Positions 26,832 to 37,473 of a DNA stretch of 64,000 bases are shown here, piece by piece. Below the pieces are notes generated by a model. It made no database searches, was not told the origin of the DNA, and worked only from the letters and a program-made list of their open reading frames with translations. Positions within the stretch are counted from its first letter, which is position 1. Every line of letters starts with the position of its first letter. Source of the stretch: Vairimorpha necatrix (lineage: Eukaryota); contig CP142736.1 in NCBI GenBank assembly GCA_036630325.1, positions 682,001-746,000 of the forward strand, given 5' to 3'. The translations under genes were made by a program, and so were the position numbers.

Positions 26832-28427
26832 ACCCACACATGGGATCAATAGGATACCATAACGATGAAGGTCGTAATAGAATACGAAAGTATATTATTT
26901 ACCTAATTAATATATTTATAATGTATTGATAACCCTTTGAACTTAAGCATATCATTAAAAGGAGGAAAAGAAACTAACTAGGATTTCTTTAGTAGCAGCG
27001 AGTGAACAAGAAATAACCCTCCATTGTAATCCTTAATTGGAGTTGTAAATGGTTTATTCTATTAATTATATTTATAGAGAATATTATATTCGTTATTAAT
27101 AGAATAGAATAATGTACTTGAGTAGAGCTGCTTGGTAGTGCAGTTTGAATAAAGGTAGAATGAAATATCTAAGGTTAAATATAATGGTATACCGATAGAA
27201 AATAAGTACTGCGAAGGAACTTGTGAAAATGTGTGGAGTTTAGCCTTATTTTTAAGGACCCGTCTTGAAACACGGACCAAGGAGATTATAATTATAGCAA
27301 GATAAAAATTAAATTTTTTAATCTTTATTAACTTGATTAGTTATAATTATAAGACCCGAAACACAGTGAACTATACATGTTCTGGTTGAAGATAAGCAAC
27401 AGTTTATTGGAGGACCATAATCATTCTGACGTGCAAATCGATGATTTAAGATGTGTATAGTGGCGAAAGACCAATCGAACTGTGTGGTAGCTGGTTCACA
27501 GCGAAATGTCTCTCAGGACAGCAGTTATTATTATATAGGACATAGATGTAGGACACTGTTATAGTTTTTTTACTATGAGAAATCTTTAATTCTATGGAAT
27601 TATATAAATTAAATTTATATAATGAATCTATTGTATAACTAGTGGGCACATGATTGTAAGAATGATGTGCAAAAAGGGATGAACCTTATGAAATATTAAA
27701 TATTCTAAATAGTAGATATTATACCATAAATATGATGAATACATTGAGACAGTAGGGCGGTTGTTATGGAAGTAGAAATCCGCTAAGAAACGTGTTACAA
27801 CGTACCTACCGAATGTATTATTGTATAAAATGGAAGAAGATTACTACTTTTATGAGATGTTTCTAATAAATATTTAGGTAGCTGTGCAATTTGTTTGTAT
27901 TGAAGTATATATGTGAGTATATATAGAAGAAACAAATGAGCCGATCTTGGAGGCAGTAACAATATATTTGTATAGATATAGACTAGGGTTTTCAATTATT
28001 ATTGAAGTGAATCGGTGTTATTTATAAAAACAAAAAAGATTAATAATTCTTTATTAAATTATTATAAGGTAACTTGATAATGACAGTATATTTCAATAAA
28101 TTTAAGATAAATGAATTAAATTTTATTTTAACTATGGATTGTCATGATAAGAAATAGTTAATTATATATACTTGATAAAAATAAAATAATTTTAACCGTA
28201 CCTATACACCGCATCAGGTGTCTTTGTATCATAACAAATATTTTAAATTAAAGTAAGTAAGGGAATTCGGCAAATTAGATCTGTAACTTTGGGATAAAGA
28301 TTGGCTCTAGCATGCTAGAACTTTTACTATGTAAGGAATCTGACTGTTTATTAAAAACATAGCTTTTTGTATTTACAAGAAGTGAATTCTGCCCAGTGCA
28401 TTTATTGTTAAAGTTGTGTAAGCGAAT

Positions 28428-28480
<53 letters not shown>

Positions 28481-28579
28481 TTAATTGGTGACGCGCATGA
28501 ATGGAGCAACGAGATTCCTACTGTCCCTACTTACAATTTTGTGAAACCACGAGACAAGGGAACGGGCTTGTTATTTATC

Positions 28580-28611
<32 letters not shown>

Positions 28612-29046
28612 TTAGTATGTTTTAATAAATATTCGGTATATTGTAGAGAGGTGGGAGAAGTATTGTGAAACCACTAGTATGTTTGAATATTTATTTATTA
28701 GAATATATGGGGAGTTTGGCTGGGGCGGTACAGCTGTTAAAAAGTAACACAGCTGTCCTAAGGTAGATGAATGATGGATGGTAACCATCAGTTTATTATA
28801 AGGGAATAAATCTGCTTTACTTTATGCATATGACTGTATTTAGTAGGGAAACCTTGGCCTAGCGATCCCAATTACATTCATTATGTATTGGGTGATTGAA
28901 AAGTTACCACAGGGATAACTGGCTTGTAGCAGGCAAGCGATCATAGCGATTCTGCTTTTTGATTCTTCGATGTCGTCTCTTCTGATCATCGTAGTGTATA
29001 TGTTACGAAGTGTTGGATTGTTCACCCGGTAATGAGGAACGTGAGA

Positions 29047-29088
<42 letters not shown>

Positions 29089-29311
29089 TAAGTATTTTTG
29101 AGTGAACTTTGATAGTACGAGAGGAACTCTAAGTGATGACCACTGGTAGTGCGATTAACTATTAAGTTATGTTGCTTAGCTACGTCGTTTCGATTAAGGC
29201 TGAAAGCCTCTTAAGCCTGAAGCGTAGCTCAAAGATACATTTAGGAGAATACTACTCTTTTAAGCAGAACTGTAAGAATGAAGGTGTATGCCGACATTTT
29301 GAGGTTACTGC
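26832..29311 (+). rRNA. Microsporidian LSU rRNA with fused 5.8S (about 2.48 kb)
   Basis: 5.8S-like CGATGAAG, GACCCGTCTTGAAACACGGACCAAGGAG, GTAACTATGACTCTCTTAAGGTAGCCAAA, sarcin-ricin loop AGTACGAGAGGAAC. Followed by a T run. The 3' end is approximate. Confidence 0.97.
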
Positions 29312-29380
29312 TTTTTTTGTATGTATAGTAGGTGTTGTATACTATAAGAGAGCGTACTTTATGTCTAGATTTGGTACCCT

Positions 29381-29449
29381 ACCCTCCACAAGAGAGCGTC
29401 CACGTCGCGGAGGGTGGGACCGATGTTTTTTAACTAGGTGCAGATCTCT
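29381..29449 (+). ncRNA. HDV-like self-cleaving ribozyme (predicted)
   Basis: P1 ACCCTCC (29381-87) / GGAGGGT (29409-15). P2 AGAGA (29391-95) / TCTCT (29445-49). P3 GCG/CGC with L3 TCCACGT. P1.1 CC/GG (29416-17). P4 ACC..GTT[TTTT]AAC..GGT. J4/2 G-C-AGA with candidate catalytic C29441. Confidence 0.85.
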
Positions 29450-29450
29450 A

Positions 29451-29881
29451 AGTCTTACCAACCTTCGGCTGCTGGTTGGTAAGTAGGGTCAGCTATACTC
29501 TAGGGGTGGGAGACCCATTGCTGGTGAGAAGGACACCGTTAACTTTCGAGTAATTCTTCATATTTTTAACCTGGGAGAGGTTGGGCATGATACTGAAGCT
29601 GTATTGTTCCGCTGAACTGAGTCGTGTTCTTAAATGGTGTATTGAACCAGGCGTTGTGTTTTCGTCAGGTCCGCGAAATATGTAGTCAGAGATGACTAAG
29701 GATCTGTTACCTACGGGAACAAATTTTTCTCCTACAAGCGAGGCCGTTGAGGTATGCTGGCGTGTAATCGCAATTATTGATGTTTTTCTGGTTGGTGGAG
29801 TTTTTGGTGGCTTGGTGGCTTTTCTTCGTTTTGCTGATTCTGTCTTTTTTACAATAAACAATTTTATTTTTTTTTTTTATT
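29451..29881 (+). mobile_element. Short non-autonomous element sharing the LINE 3' UTR
   Basis: Flanked by an exact 28-bp direct repeat (29423-29450 and 29882-29909). 29569-29881 is a diverged copy of the LINE 3' end (37153-37474, 41160-41474). The first 115 bp or so are unrelated to the LINE. Confidence 0.8.
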
Positions 29882-29908
29882 ATGTTTTTTAACTAGGTGC
29901 AGATCTCT

Positions 29909-31582
29909 ATGAAGGGTAAAGTAAGAGAAAGCAGGAGCGAGCTCAGTAGAGCAAAAAGTGACCACTTTGGTGGTCCAAACAACAATTTAGATACAGAAAT
30001 GTATTTAAAACAACAAACTAAGCATGTATATGCTAGTAAAAGTTTCCCAAGTGTTACTTTTAAAAATGATGGAGAAATGAAATATTTTCTCAAGAAAATC
30101 AAAATTCTTTCAAAAAGAATTAATAAAAATGATATTTTTGACACATCAAAAAAAGATAACAATAAAGATCTTATTGATCTTAAAAGATACATATCTAGCA
30201 CTACTGAATTAGTATTGATTCAGCAGACATATCTGGAGCTCTTTCATGAAAAGCTAGAAAAACAAAACATCAAACTAAAAAATTTGATTAAAAATAATGT
30301 GATGGATGACAGTGATCAAATTACTGATTCATCAAAAAATAAATTTGAGATAATGATTGAGAATCACTCAAAAGAATGTGTAGAACAAAAGGATAATAAC
30401 TCCGATGTTCCAAATGATACCAGTAGCGAAACCCTTCAGTTAGCTACTGGAAACAATGATATTTCTAAATTAGAAATCATAAATGAAGATGTTTTAATTA
30501 ATGTCAAAAATATCGTGTCTGCTGTCAAAGTAGAAGAAGAAGATCGATTGTCAGAAGATGGCAAAAGAAAATGTATAGGTGTCTCAAATGCGTCTACAAA
30601 TATTATAATTAACAAGAATAGTAAAACACAAGATGGTAAGCTAGATATAGCCTCCATTAACAAAAAAGCAGTAGTTAGACATCTGTCAACTATCTCTGCT
30701 ATTATAGCTGGTAAAAGAAAAGCTCCTAAGAATGAAGTCAAACTTTACCATACAAATGAAGACGGATGGACATCTGTCAAACACACATTCAAGCCTAAAG
30801 TCCAGATAGACTTGAAGAAAAACAGAAGGGGTAAAACCACGTATAAATCCAACTTTAATAGATTTAAATCACTTAAAGTGGAATCCGCTGGCAATGTAAA
30901 AGTGCCCAAAAATTCTATTCATGCAGCTTTACATGAGAAAAACAAATTATCTACTAAAGACTATAAAAAAAAAAGATTACAATATCATAAAATAAATTTT
31001 ACTCAAAAAATGAAAAATAGAAACAATGAGAAATGTCAACAAAAAAGAAGTCCAGTTTTTCCAGTGAAAAACTGGGCCAAAGAGCTAACGGAAGAAGCTC
31101 TTATGAAAATTATAAAGGATGGTAGAATTATTTCCAAATGTAAGTTTAGGCTAGCTCTTGCTTCTGGACTCGGATTACAAGGGAAACCTCAATCTAGAGA
31201 CGCATGGGCAGCCCTAACGGATGTTGAAAATAAAGATATACCACTTATAAAACAATTTAAAGATTCGGAAGTAGTACTTTTGATGATTAGAGAAAACGTG
31301 TGCCCTAAGGTACTAGGCAAAATTAAAGAAAAGTTCGTAGGTTCTAATATCTGTGAGGAAGTTAATTTCTTCATCGACTTTTTGTCTTTAACAAAAACAA
31401 CTGTTCTAGGAGAACTACAAAGACTCTCTGGAACGCATAAAAACTTTGTACCACTTGTTAAAGCATGTAGGTACATAACTAAAGAATTAAATAAAGAAAA
31501 GCCAAACCATGGATATTTCATTTATTTAGAAAATATGATGGGTGAGCCTGCCCGAGAATCTAAGGACTTTAATAATGAATAA
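29909..31582 (+). CDS. LINE ORF1 (outer copy), basic, no recognisable domain
   Basis: Intact ORF of about 557 aa starting MKGK, paralogous to 31685-33379. Its stop overlaps the ORF2 ATG. Confidence 0.85.
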   Translation: MKGKVRESRSELSRAKSDHFGGPNNNLDTEMYLKQQTKHVYASKSFPSVTFKNDGEMKYFLKKIKILSKRINKNDIFDTSKKDNNKDLIDLKRYISSTTELVLIQQTYLELFHEKLEKQNIKLKNLIKNNVMDDSDQITDSSKNKFEIMIENHSKECVEQKDNNSDVPNDTSSETLQLATGNNDISKLEIINEDVLINVKNIVSAVKVEEEDRLSEDGKRKCIGVSNASTNIIINKNSKTQDGKLDIASINKKAVVRHLSTISAIIAGKRKAPKNEVKLYHTNEDGWTSVKHTFKPKVQIDLKKNRRGKTTYKSNFNRFKSLKVESAGNVKVPKNSIHAALHEKNKLSTKDYKKKRLQYHKINFTQKMKNRNNEKCQQKRSPVFPVKNWAKELTEEALMKIIKDGRIISKCKFRLALASGLGLQGKPQSRDAWAALTDVENKDIPLIKQFKDSEVVLLMIRENVCPKVLGKIKEKFVGSNICEEVNFFIDFLSLTKTTVLGELQRLSGTHKNFVPLVKACRYITKELNKEKPNHGYFIYLENMMGEPARESKDFNNE

Positions 31583-31684
31583 AGTATCCTTGTTAAAGTT
31601 CTGTTTTTATAGGAAATTATTTTCCTATAACAAAAGTGATATTTTTAAATCTCTAAATAAAAAAACTCATAATCCAATTGGATA

Positions 31685-33379
31685 ATGAAGGGTAAAGCGC
31701 AACAAACCAGGAGCAAGCTCAGTAGAGCAAAAAGTGACCACTTTGGTGGTCCAAACAACAATTTAGATACAGAAATGTATTTAAAACAACAAACTAAGCA
31801 TGTATATGCTAATAAAAGTTTCCCAAGTGTTACTTTCAAAAATGATGGAGAAATGAAATATTTTCTCAAGAAAATCAAAATTCTTTCAGAAAGAATTAAT
31901 AAAAACGATATTTTTGACACGTCAAAAAAAGAAAATAACAAAGATCTTCTTGATATTAAAAGATACATATCTAGCACTACTGAATTAGTATTGATTCAGC
32001 AGACATATTTGGAGCTCTTCCATGATAAGCTAGAAAAACAAAATATCAAATTAAAAAATTTGAAAAAAAATAATCTGATGGATGACAGTAATCAAATTAC
32101 AGAATCAACAAAAAATAAAATTGAGATGATGATAGAGAATCACTCAAAAGAATGTGTAGAACAAAAGGATAATAACTCCGATGTTCCAAATGATACCAGT
32201 AGCGAAACCCTTCAGTTAGCTACTGGAAACAATGATATTTCTAAATTAGAAATCATCAATGAAGATGTTTTAATTAATGTCAAAAATCTCCCATCTGCTG
32301 TCATAAATCTCGACACTGCTGTCAAAGTAGAAGAACAAGATAAATTGTCAGAAGATGGCAAAAGAAAATGTATAGATGTTTCAAAGGCATCTACAGATAT
32401 TATAATTAATAAAAATATTAAACCAAAAGATGGTAAGCTAGATATAGCTTCCATCAACAAAAAAGCAGTAGTTAGACATCTGTCAACTATCTCTGCTATT
32501 ATAGCTGGTAAAAGAAAAGCTCCTAAGAATGGAGTCAAGCTTTTCCATATAAACGAAGACGGATGGACATCTGTCAAACACACATTCAAGCCTAAAGTCC
32601 AGATAGACTTGAAGAAAAACAGAAGTGGTAAAACCACAGATAAAACCAACTTTAATAGATTTAAATCACTTAAAGTAGAAACTAGTGGCAATGTAAAAGT
32701 GCCTAAAAAGATTAATCATGAAGCTGTAAAGAGAAAAGATATCATTCCTAAAAGAGATCATGAAAAAAGAAGATTACTAAATCAGAAAATAAATTTTACA
32801 AAAAAAACGAAGGACAGAAAAAATGAGAAATGTCAACAAAAAAGAAGGCCAGTTTTACCAAAGAAAAACTGGGCCAAAGAGCTAACTGAAGAAGCTCTTA
32901 TGAAAATTATAAAGGATGGTAGAATTATTTCCAAATGTAAGTTTAGGCTAGCTCTTGCTTCTGGACTCGGATTGAAAGGGAAACCTCAATCTAGAGACGC
33001 TTGGGCAGCCTTAGCTGATGTGGAAAATAAAGATATACCACTTATAAAACAATTTAAAGACTCGGAAGTAGTACTTCTGATGATTAGAGAACACGTGTGC
33101 CAAAAGGTACTAAGCAAGATTAAAGAAAAGTTCGGAGGTTCTAATATCTGCGATGAAGTTAATTTCTTCATCGACTTTTTGTCTTTAACAAAAACAACTG
33201 TTCTAGGAGAGCTGCAAAGACTCTCTGGAACGCATAAAAATTTTGTACCGCTTGTAAAAGCATGTTGGTACATAACTAAAGAATTAAATAAAGAAAAGCC
33301 AAACCATGGTTCCTTCATTTATTTAGAAAATATGATGGGTGAGCCTGCCCGAGAATCTAAGGACTTTAACAATGAATAA
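31685..33379 (+). CDS. LINE ORF1 (inner copy), 564 aa
   Basis: Intact ORF, a diverged paralog of 29909-31582. Confidence 0.88.
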   Translation: MKGKAQQTRSKLSRAKSDHFGGPNNNLDTEMYLKQQTKHVYANKSFPSVTFKNDGEMKYFLKKIKILSERINKNDIFDTSKKENNKDLLDIKRYISSTTELVLIQQTYLELFHDKLEKQNIKLKNLKKNNLMDDSNQITESTKNKIEMMIENHSKECVEQKDNNSDVPNDTSSETLQLATGNNDISKLEIINEDVLINVKNLPSAVINLDTAVKVEEQDKLSEDGKRKCIDVSKASTDIIINKNIKPKDGKLDIASINKKAVVRHLSTISAIIAGKRKAPKNGVKLFHINEDGWTSVKHTFKPKVQIDLKKNRSGKTTDKTNFNRFKSLKVETSGNVKVPKKINHEAVKRKDIIPKRDHEKRRLLNQKINFTKKTKDRKNEKCQQKRRPVLPKKNWAKELTEEALMKIIKDGRIISKCKFRLALASGLGLKGKPQSRDAWAALADVENKDIPLIKQFKDSEVVLLMIREHVCQKVLSKIKEKFGGSNICDEVNFFIDFLSLTKTTVLGELQRLSGTHKNFVPLVKACWYITKELNKEKPNHGSFIYLENMMGEPARESKDFNNE

Positions 33380-36300
33380 AGTATCTTTGTTAAAGTCCTG
33401 TTATTATAGGAAATTATTTTCCTATAACAAGAGTGATATTTTCAAATCTCTAAATAAAAAAACGCATAATCCAATTGGATTTACTCAGATTAAAAATACT
33501 TTCCAAACGACAACGAGATTGAATAGTCTCAAATATTTTTCTATTAGAAAGAATATGTGGTGGAAGAAAGTACAAGAACAATATTGTATTGTCAAGATAC
33601 AAAGAATTCCTTATGGAGTGAAAGATCTCCTCAAAGACTTATGTAAGAAGAACTCTCTTTTGGAGAATTCCATTATTACAGCAAGAAAGTATAGACGAAG
33701 AGACACGTCTTTTACAAAAATAATAGTTGAAAAACTATACGCAAATTTATTGATTAAGACAGTTAAAGCTAAAGGCTTTAAAGTTTTAAATGATAATAGA
33801 AAAAAACTAGAGAAATCTAGTAAAGTAAATAAAAAGACCAAAGAGAACATAAAACTCTTAAGTCTAAACATTAACCATCTCTCTAACAAGAGAGAAGAAC
33901 TCGAGTGGCTTCTAAAGAAGGAGGAACCAGAAATTATGTGTTTACAGGAAACTTGGAGACAATCTACAAGACCTTTAAAACTTGAAAAATACACTACAGT
34001 TGAAACACTTAGTAGTGGAAAAAATAAACCAGGATTAATAACTCTGGTTAGAAATAATGGAGCGATCAGATGTTCCAAAAAAGGAACCGACTCAAACATT
34101 CTGCAAACTGTAGTTGAGTTTAGTTCAGCAGGCAAATGGATTAAGTATTTAGTCTTAAATGTCTACATACCACAAAACAAGGATCTCAAAAGGGAGACCT
34201 TGGCCAGATTATTTTCTCTTTTAGAAAAAGAGAATTTCAGAAATAACTATAGTGAGATCATAGTGATGGGAGATATGAATATGCAGAGTTCTAGTCTCAA
34301 GAAAAAACTAAAGGTAGTTGGTTTGCCAGTTACAATAAAATATAACAGCAACGATGGTACAAGGATTCTCAAAGATGGTAAAAGATCTAAGAGAAAAATT
34401 GATACCATCTTTCGACTAAAAAGTAATGATAATGAGAAGATCATTATATCCAAGTCTTGGGTATTAAGTGATCACTTAGTGCTCAAAAGAAATATTAAAC
34501 TTACTGTTGATAAGACCTCAGATCAACTAGTTTATGATAAGAAGATGCTGGAAAATCCAAAAGTGATTAAAAAGCTTAAAAAGAAGTTGTGTAATCAACA
34601 ATTAAACATGAATAATCTTCCTGAGATTATTCAAAAAGTTTGTACATCTTTGAAGATTTACAAAAAGAGAGGAGGCCATACTGGACTTACAATGAGATGG
34701 AGATATTTAAAAGTCTTCAAAGAAAAACGTCTAGCAGCAAGAGCTGTTATGAAAAATTATAATGAAATCAACTCAATTAGATTCGAATATCTCAAAAAGA
34801 GAGTAGACGAAACTAAAAAGTTGATTCGCAAAGATAGATCGAAACTTTGGGCTTTAAGAGGAATAAAGCTCTTTAAAAGTAACAGATCCCGAGAATTCTG
34901 GCAATGGCTGAAAAATAGAAGTGTCTCCATTCGTTTGGATCAAGTGGCTCTAATTGACCACAATAAGATTCTTCAGACTTGCCGAGAAAGAAGCTAGAAA
35001 TAGCGAATAAATTTTACGCTGATTTGGCGTCAGAGAATGATATAGATGTCAATGTCTATGATAAAGTAGATCTTGTTGATCTTCCCCCAGAGATAACAGA
35101 TGAAGAATTTCTATCCGCACTGAAGAAATGTGGAAATAACAAAGCAGCCGGTCCTGATGAGATTCCAACCGAGCTATACAAACACTTACTGACTAGAGCA
35201 GTAGAAGATAAATTCTTTAAATTCATGCTACATGAATTTAATAAATATATTTGTGGAAATAGTCCTCCTGAATACTGGAGCATGGCAAACATGATTTGCC
35301 TTCACAAAAAAGGAGATGAGACAGATCTGAATAATTATAGGGGAATCTCCTTAATTAACACAATTAGTAAGATCTATCTCAAGATAATAAATGACAGGTT
35401 AACTCAATTTGTCGAAGAACAAGATATACTCTCTAGATACCAAGCAGGATTCCGAGCAGGTGAAGAGTGTATGAATCAGATTACATCTCTACTAGAAATA
35501 GTGAGAAGAAGAGAATTCAGAGGCCTGAACACAATAATGTGTTTCATTGACTTTGAAAAAGCTTATGATAATGTAAGTCATGACTTATTATTTGAGAAGC
35601 TTACAAAACTTAATATCCCATTGTATTTAATCAATACAATAAAGGGTATTTATAAATATACCACCATGCGTGTGAAAATTGGTGGTGACACGTCAAGTGG
35701 CTATAGCTACAGAAAAGGAGTGAGACAAGGGTGCCCTTGTTCTCCAATGCTGTTCAATATATTCATCAATGATATTTTTGACGGCATAGAAGGAGTTTTG
35801 ATCCCAAGATCAAATACGAGAGTTCCGGGACTGATGTTCGCAGATGATATTGTTGTCTTCGGAAACAACATTGATGATCTTAATAATAAGATCAATAGAA
35901 TTTCTAATTGGGCGGTTAATAACAGAATGAGGATTAACTGCACAAAAAGCGGAATATTAGAATGGGCTGCTCATTCTAAAATACAAGAATTCCGAAGTTT
36001 GTATTCTCTCAGTACAGACTTTGGTGTGATTGAGGAAGTCACTGAATACAGATATCTAGGTGTCTTAATTAAAAGAAACACGCTAGAAGAACACTTGGTC
36101 AAAGACGCAGCAATGCGTGGCAAGAAAGCCTTGGACGCCTTGATGCCCAAGTTGATGAATAATAGCATCAACCTTTACTTCAAGGCGATCTTAATCAAAT
36201 GTGTACTAGTACCCACACTAATGTATGGTAGTGAACTGTGGGGAATGTCAAGTACAAGAGCAGGTAAGATTAACAGGATCTTAAGAAAATCTATCAGAAT

Positions 36301-37063
36301 GATATTCAAAAGAGTATTAGTTCCACTAGATAGAGTAATGGACGAGTTCAGTATCGAACGAATTCATATACAAGCAGCTTTAAGTAGATTTAGAGCATAC
36401 AACAAGTGGAAACACAATAAGACAATCATATCGGATATAATCTCAATCAATCCGAAAGAAAGAAAAACTACCTGGTGTTCAAGAACACAAAGATGGTTAA
36501 AACGATTTGTCGGCAACGATTATGAATCAACTGATAGTAGATTTATCACTACAAAAATAATTGATGTACTAAGAAGTCGAAGAACTCTAAATACTTCTTT
36601 AGCTGCATCAATAGCAAACCAATATGACATAAGAAATTCACAAATAAAATATGTCATGAACAAAATAAATAATAGGAAAATTAGAACATATGCTAGATTG
36701 AGATGTAATCTAGTAAAGTAATCCTCAGCAATAGCCAATTCAAAAAGAATATCTATGAGTTATAGAAACGAATGCTTTTTGTGTGATGGACCACAAGAAA
36801 ATTTAGAACACTTTCTGCTGGAGTGCGTCTGTTTAACTGACATTAGATCATCTTTTGAAAATAAACTGCCTCTACTGACTTGTTCAAAAACAAATATCCG
36901 AGATAAAACCAAGCAACTCCTTGGTAATAAAATCGGACTAAAAAATAACCCAGATAAGATAAAAGAACTTTGTTGCACTATAGAGTTCTTAGATAGAATG
37001 GTTGTCTCTAGAAGAATTATGATTAATAACAAACTGAAGGAGATAACGAAACAAAATAATTAA
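33372..37063 (+). pseudogene. LINE ORF2 (inner copy): AP endonuclease, RT and C-terminal CCHC finger, with one frameshift and one in-frame stop
   Basis: APE motifs LNINHL, CLQETW, MGDMN, IDTIF, LSDH. RT motifs NYRGISL, FIDFEKAYD, GVRQGCPCSPMLF, FADD. Finger CFLC..ENLEHFLLEC. 1-nt deletion near 34986 and TAA at 36719-36721. Confidence 0.92.
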
Positions 37064-37473
37064 TATAGCTTAATTAAAAAAAATGAAAATCTAGAATTAG
37101 AAGAAAGAAGTGTTATATTATTAACAAAAAGACTTATATTTAATTATATTTGACCTGGGAGAGGTCGGGCATGATACTGATGCTGTATTGTTCCGCTGAA
37201 CTGAGTCGTGTTCTTAAATGGTGTATTGAGCCAGGCGTTTTCGTTTTTCATTAGACCCGTGAAAGTGGGTCTCTAGTCATATTATGACTAAGGATGTGTC
37301 CTATGGGAACAAACTTTTCTCCTACAAGCGAGGCCGTTAAGGTATGCTGGCGTGTAAACGCAATTATTGATGATTTTTTCTTTATTAGTGGAGTTTTTGG
37401 TGGCTTGGAGGCTTTTCTTCGTTTTGCTGATTCTGTCTTTTTTACAATAAACAATTTTATTTTTATTTTTTTT

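Larger units (their letters stand above)
31685..37473 (+). mobile_element. Nested LINE copy (inner), starting exactly at the ORF1 ATG
   Basis: TSD TAATCCAATTGGATA at 31670-31684 and 37474-37488. Ends in AATAAA plus a T-rich tail. Confidence 0.9.

Noticed and set aside
28450-28470. R2 insertion in the LSU
   Set aside because: The target TTAAGGTAGCCA is intact. The nearby LINE is APE-type and lies outside the rRNA.
25885-29486. ORFs overlapping the rRNA genes
   Set aside because: Chance frames within rRNA.
29480-29545. 5S rRNA, suggested by GGTGGGAGACC resembling box C
   Set aside because: No other 5S blocks or terminal helix are recognisable.
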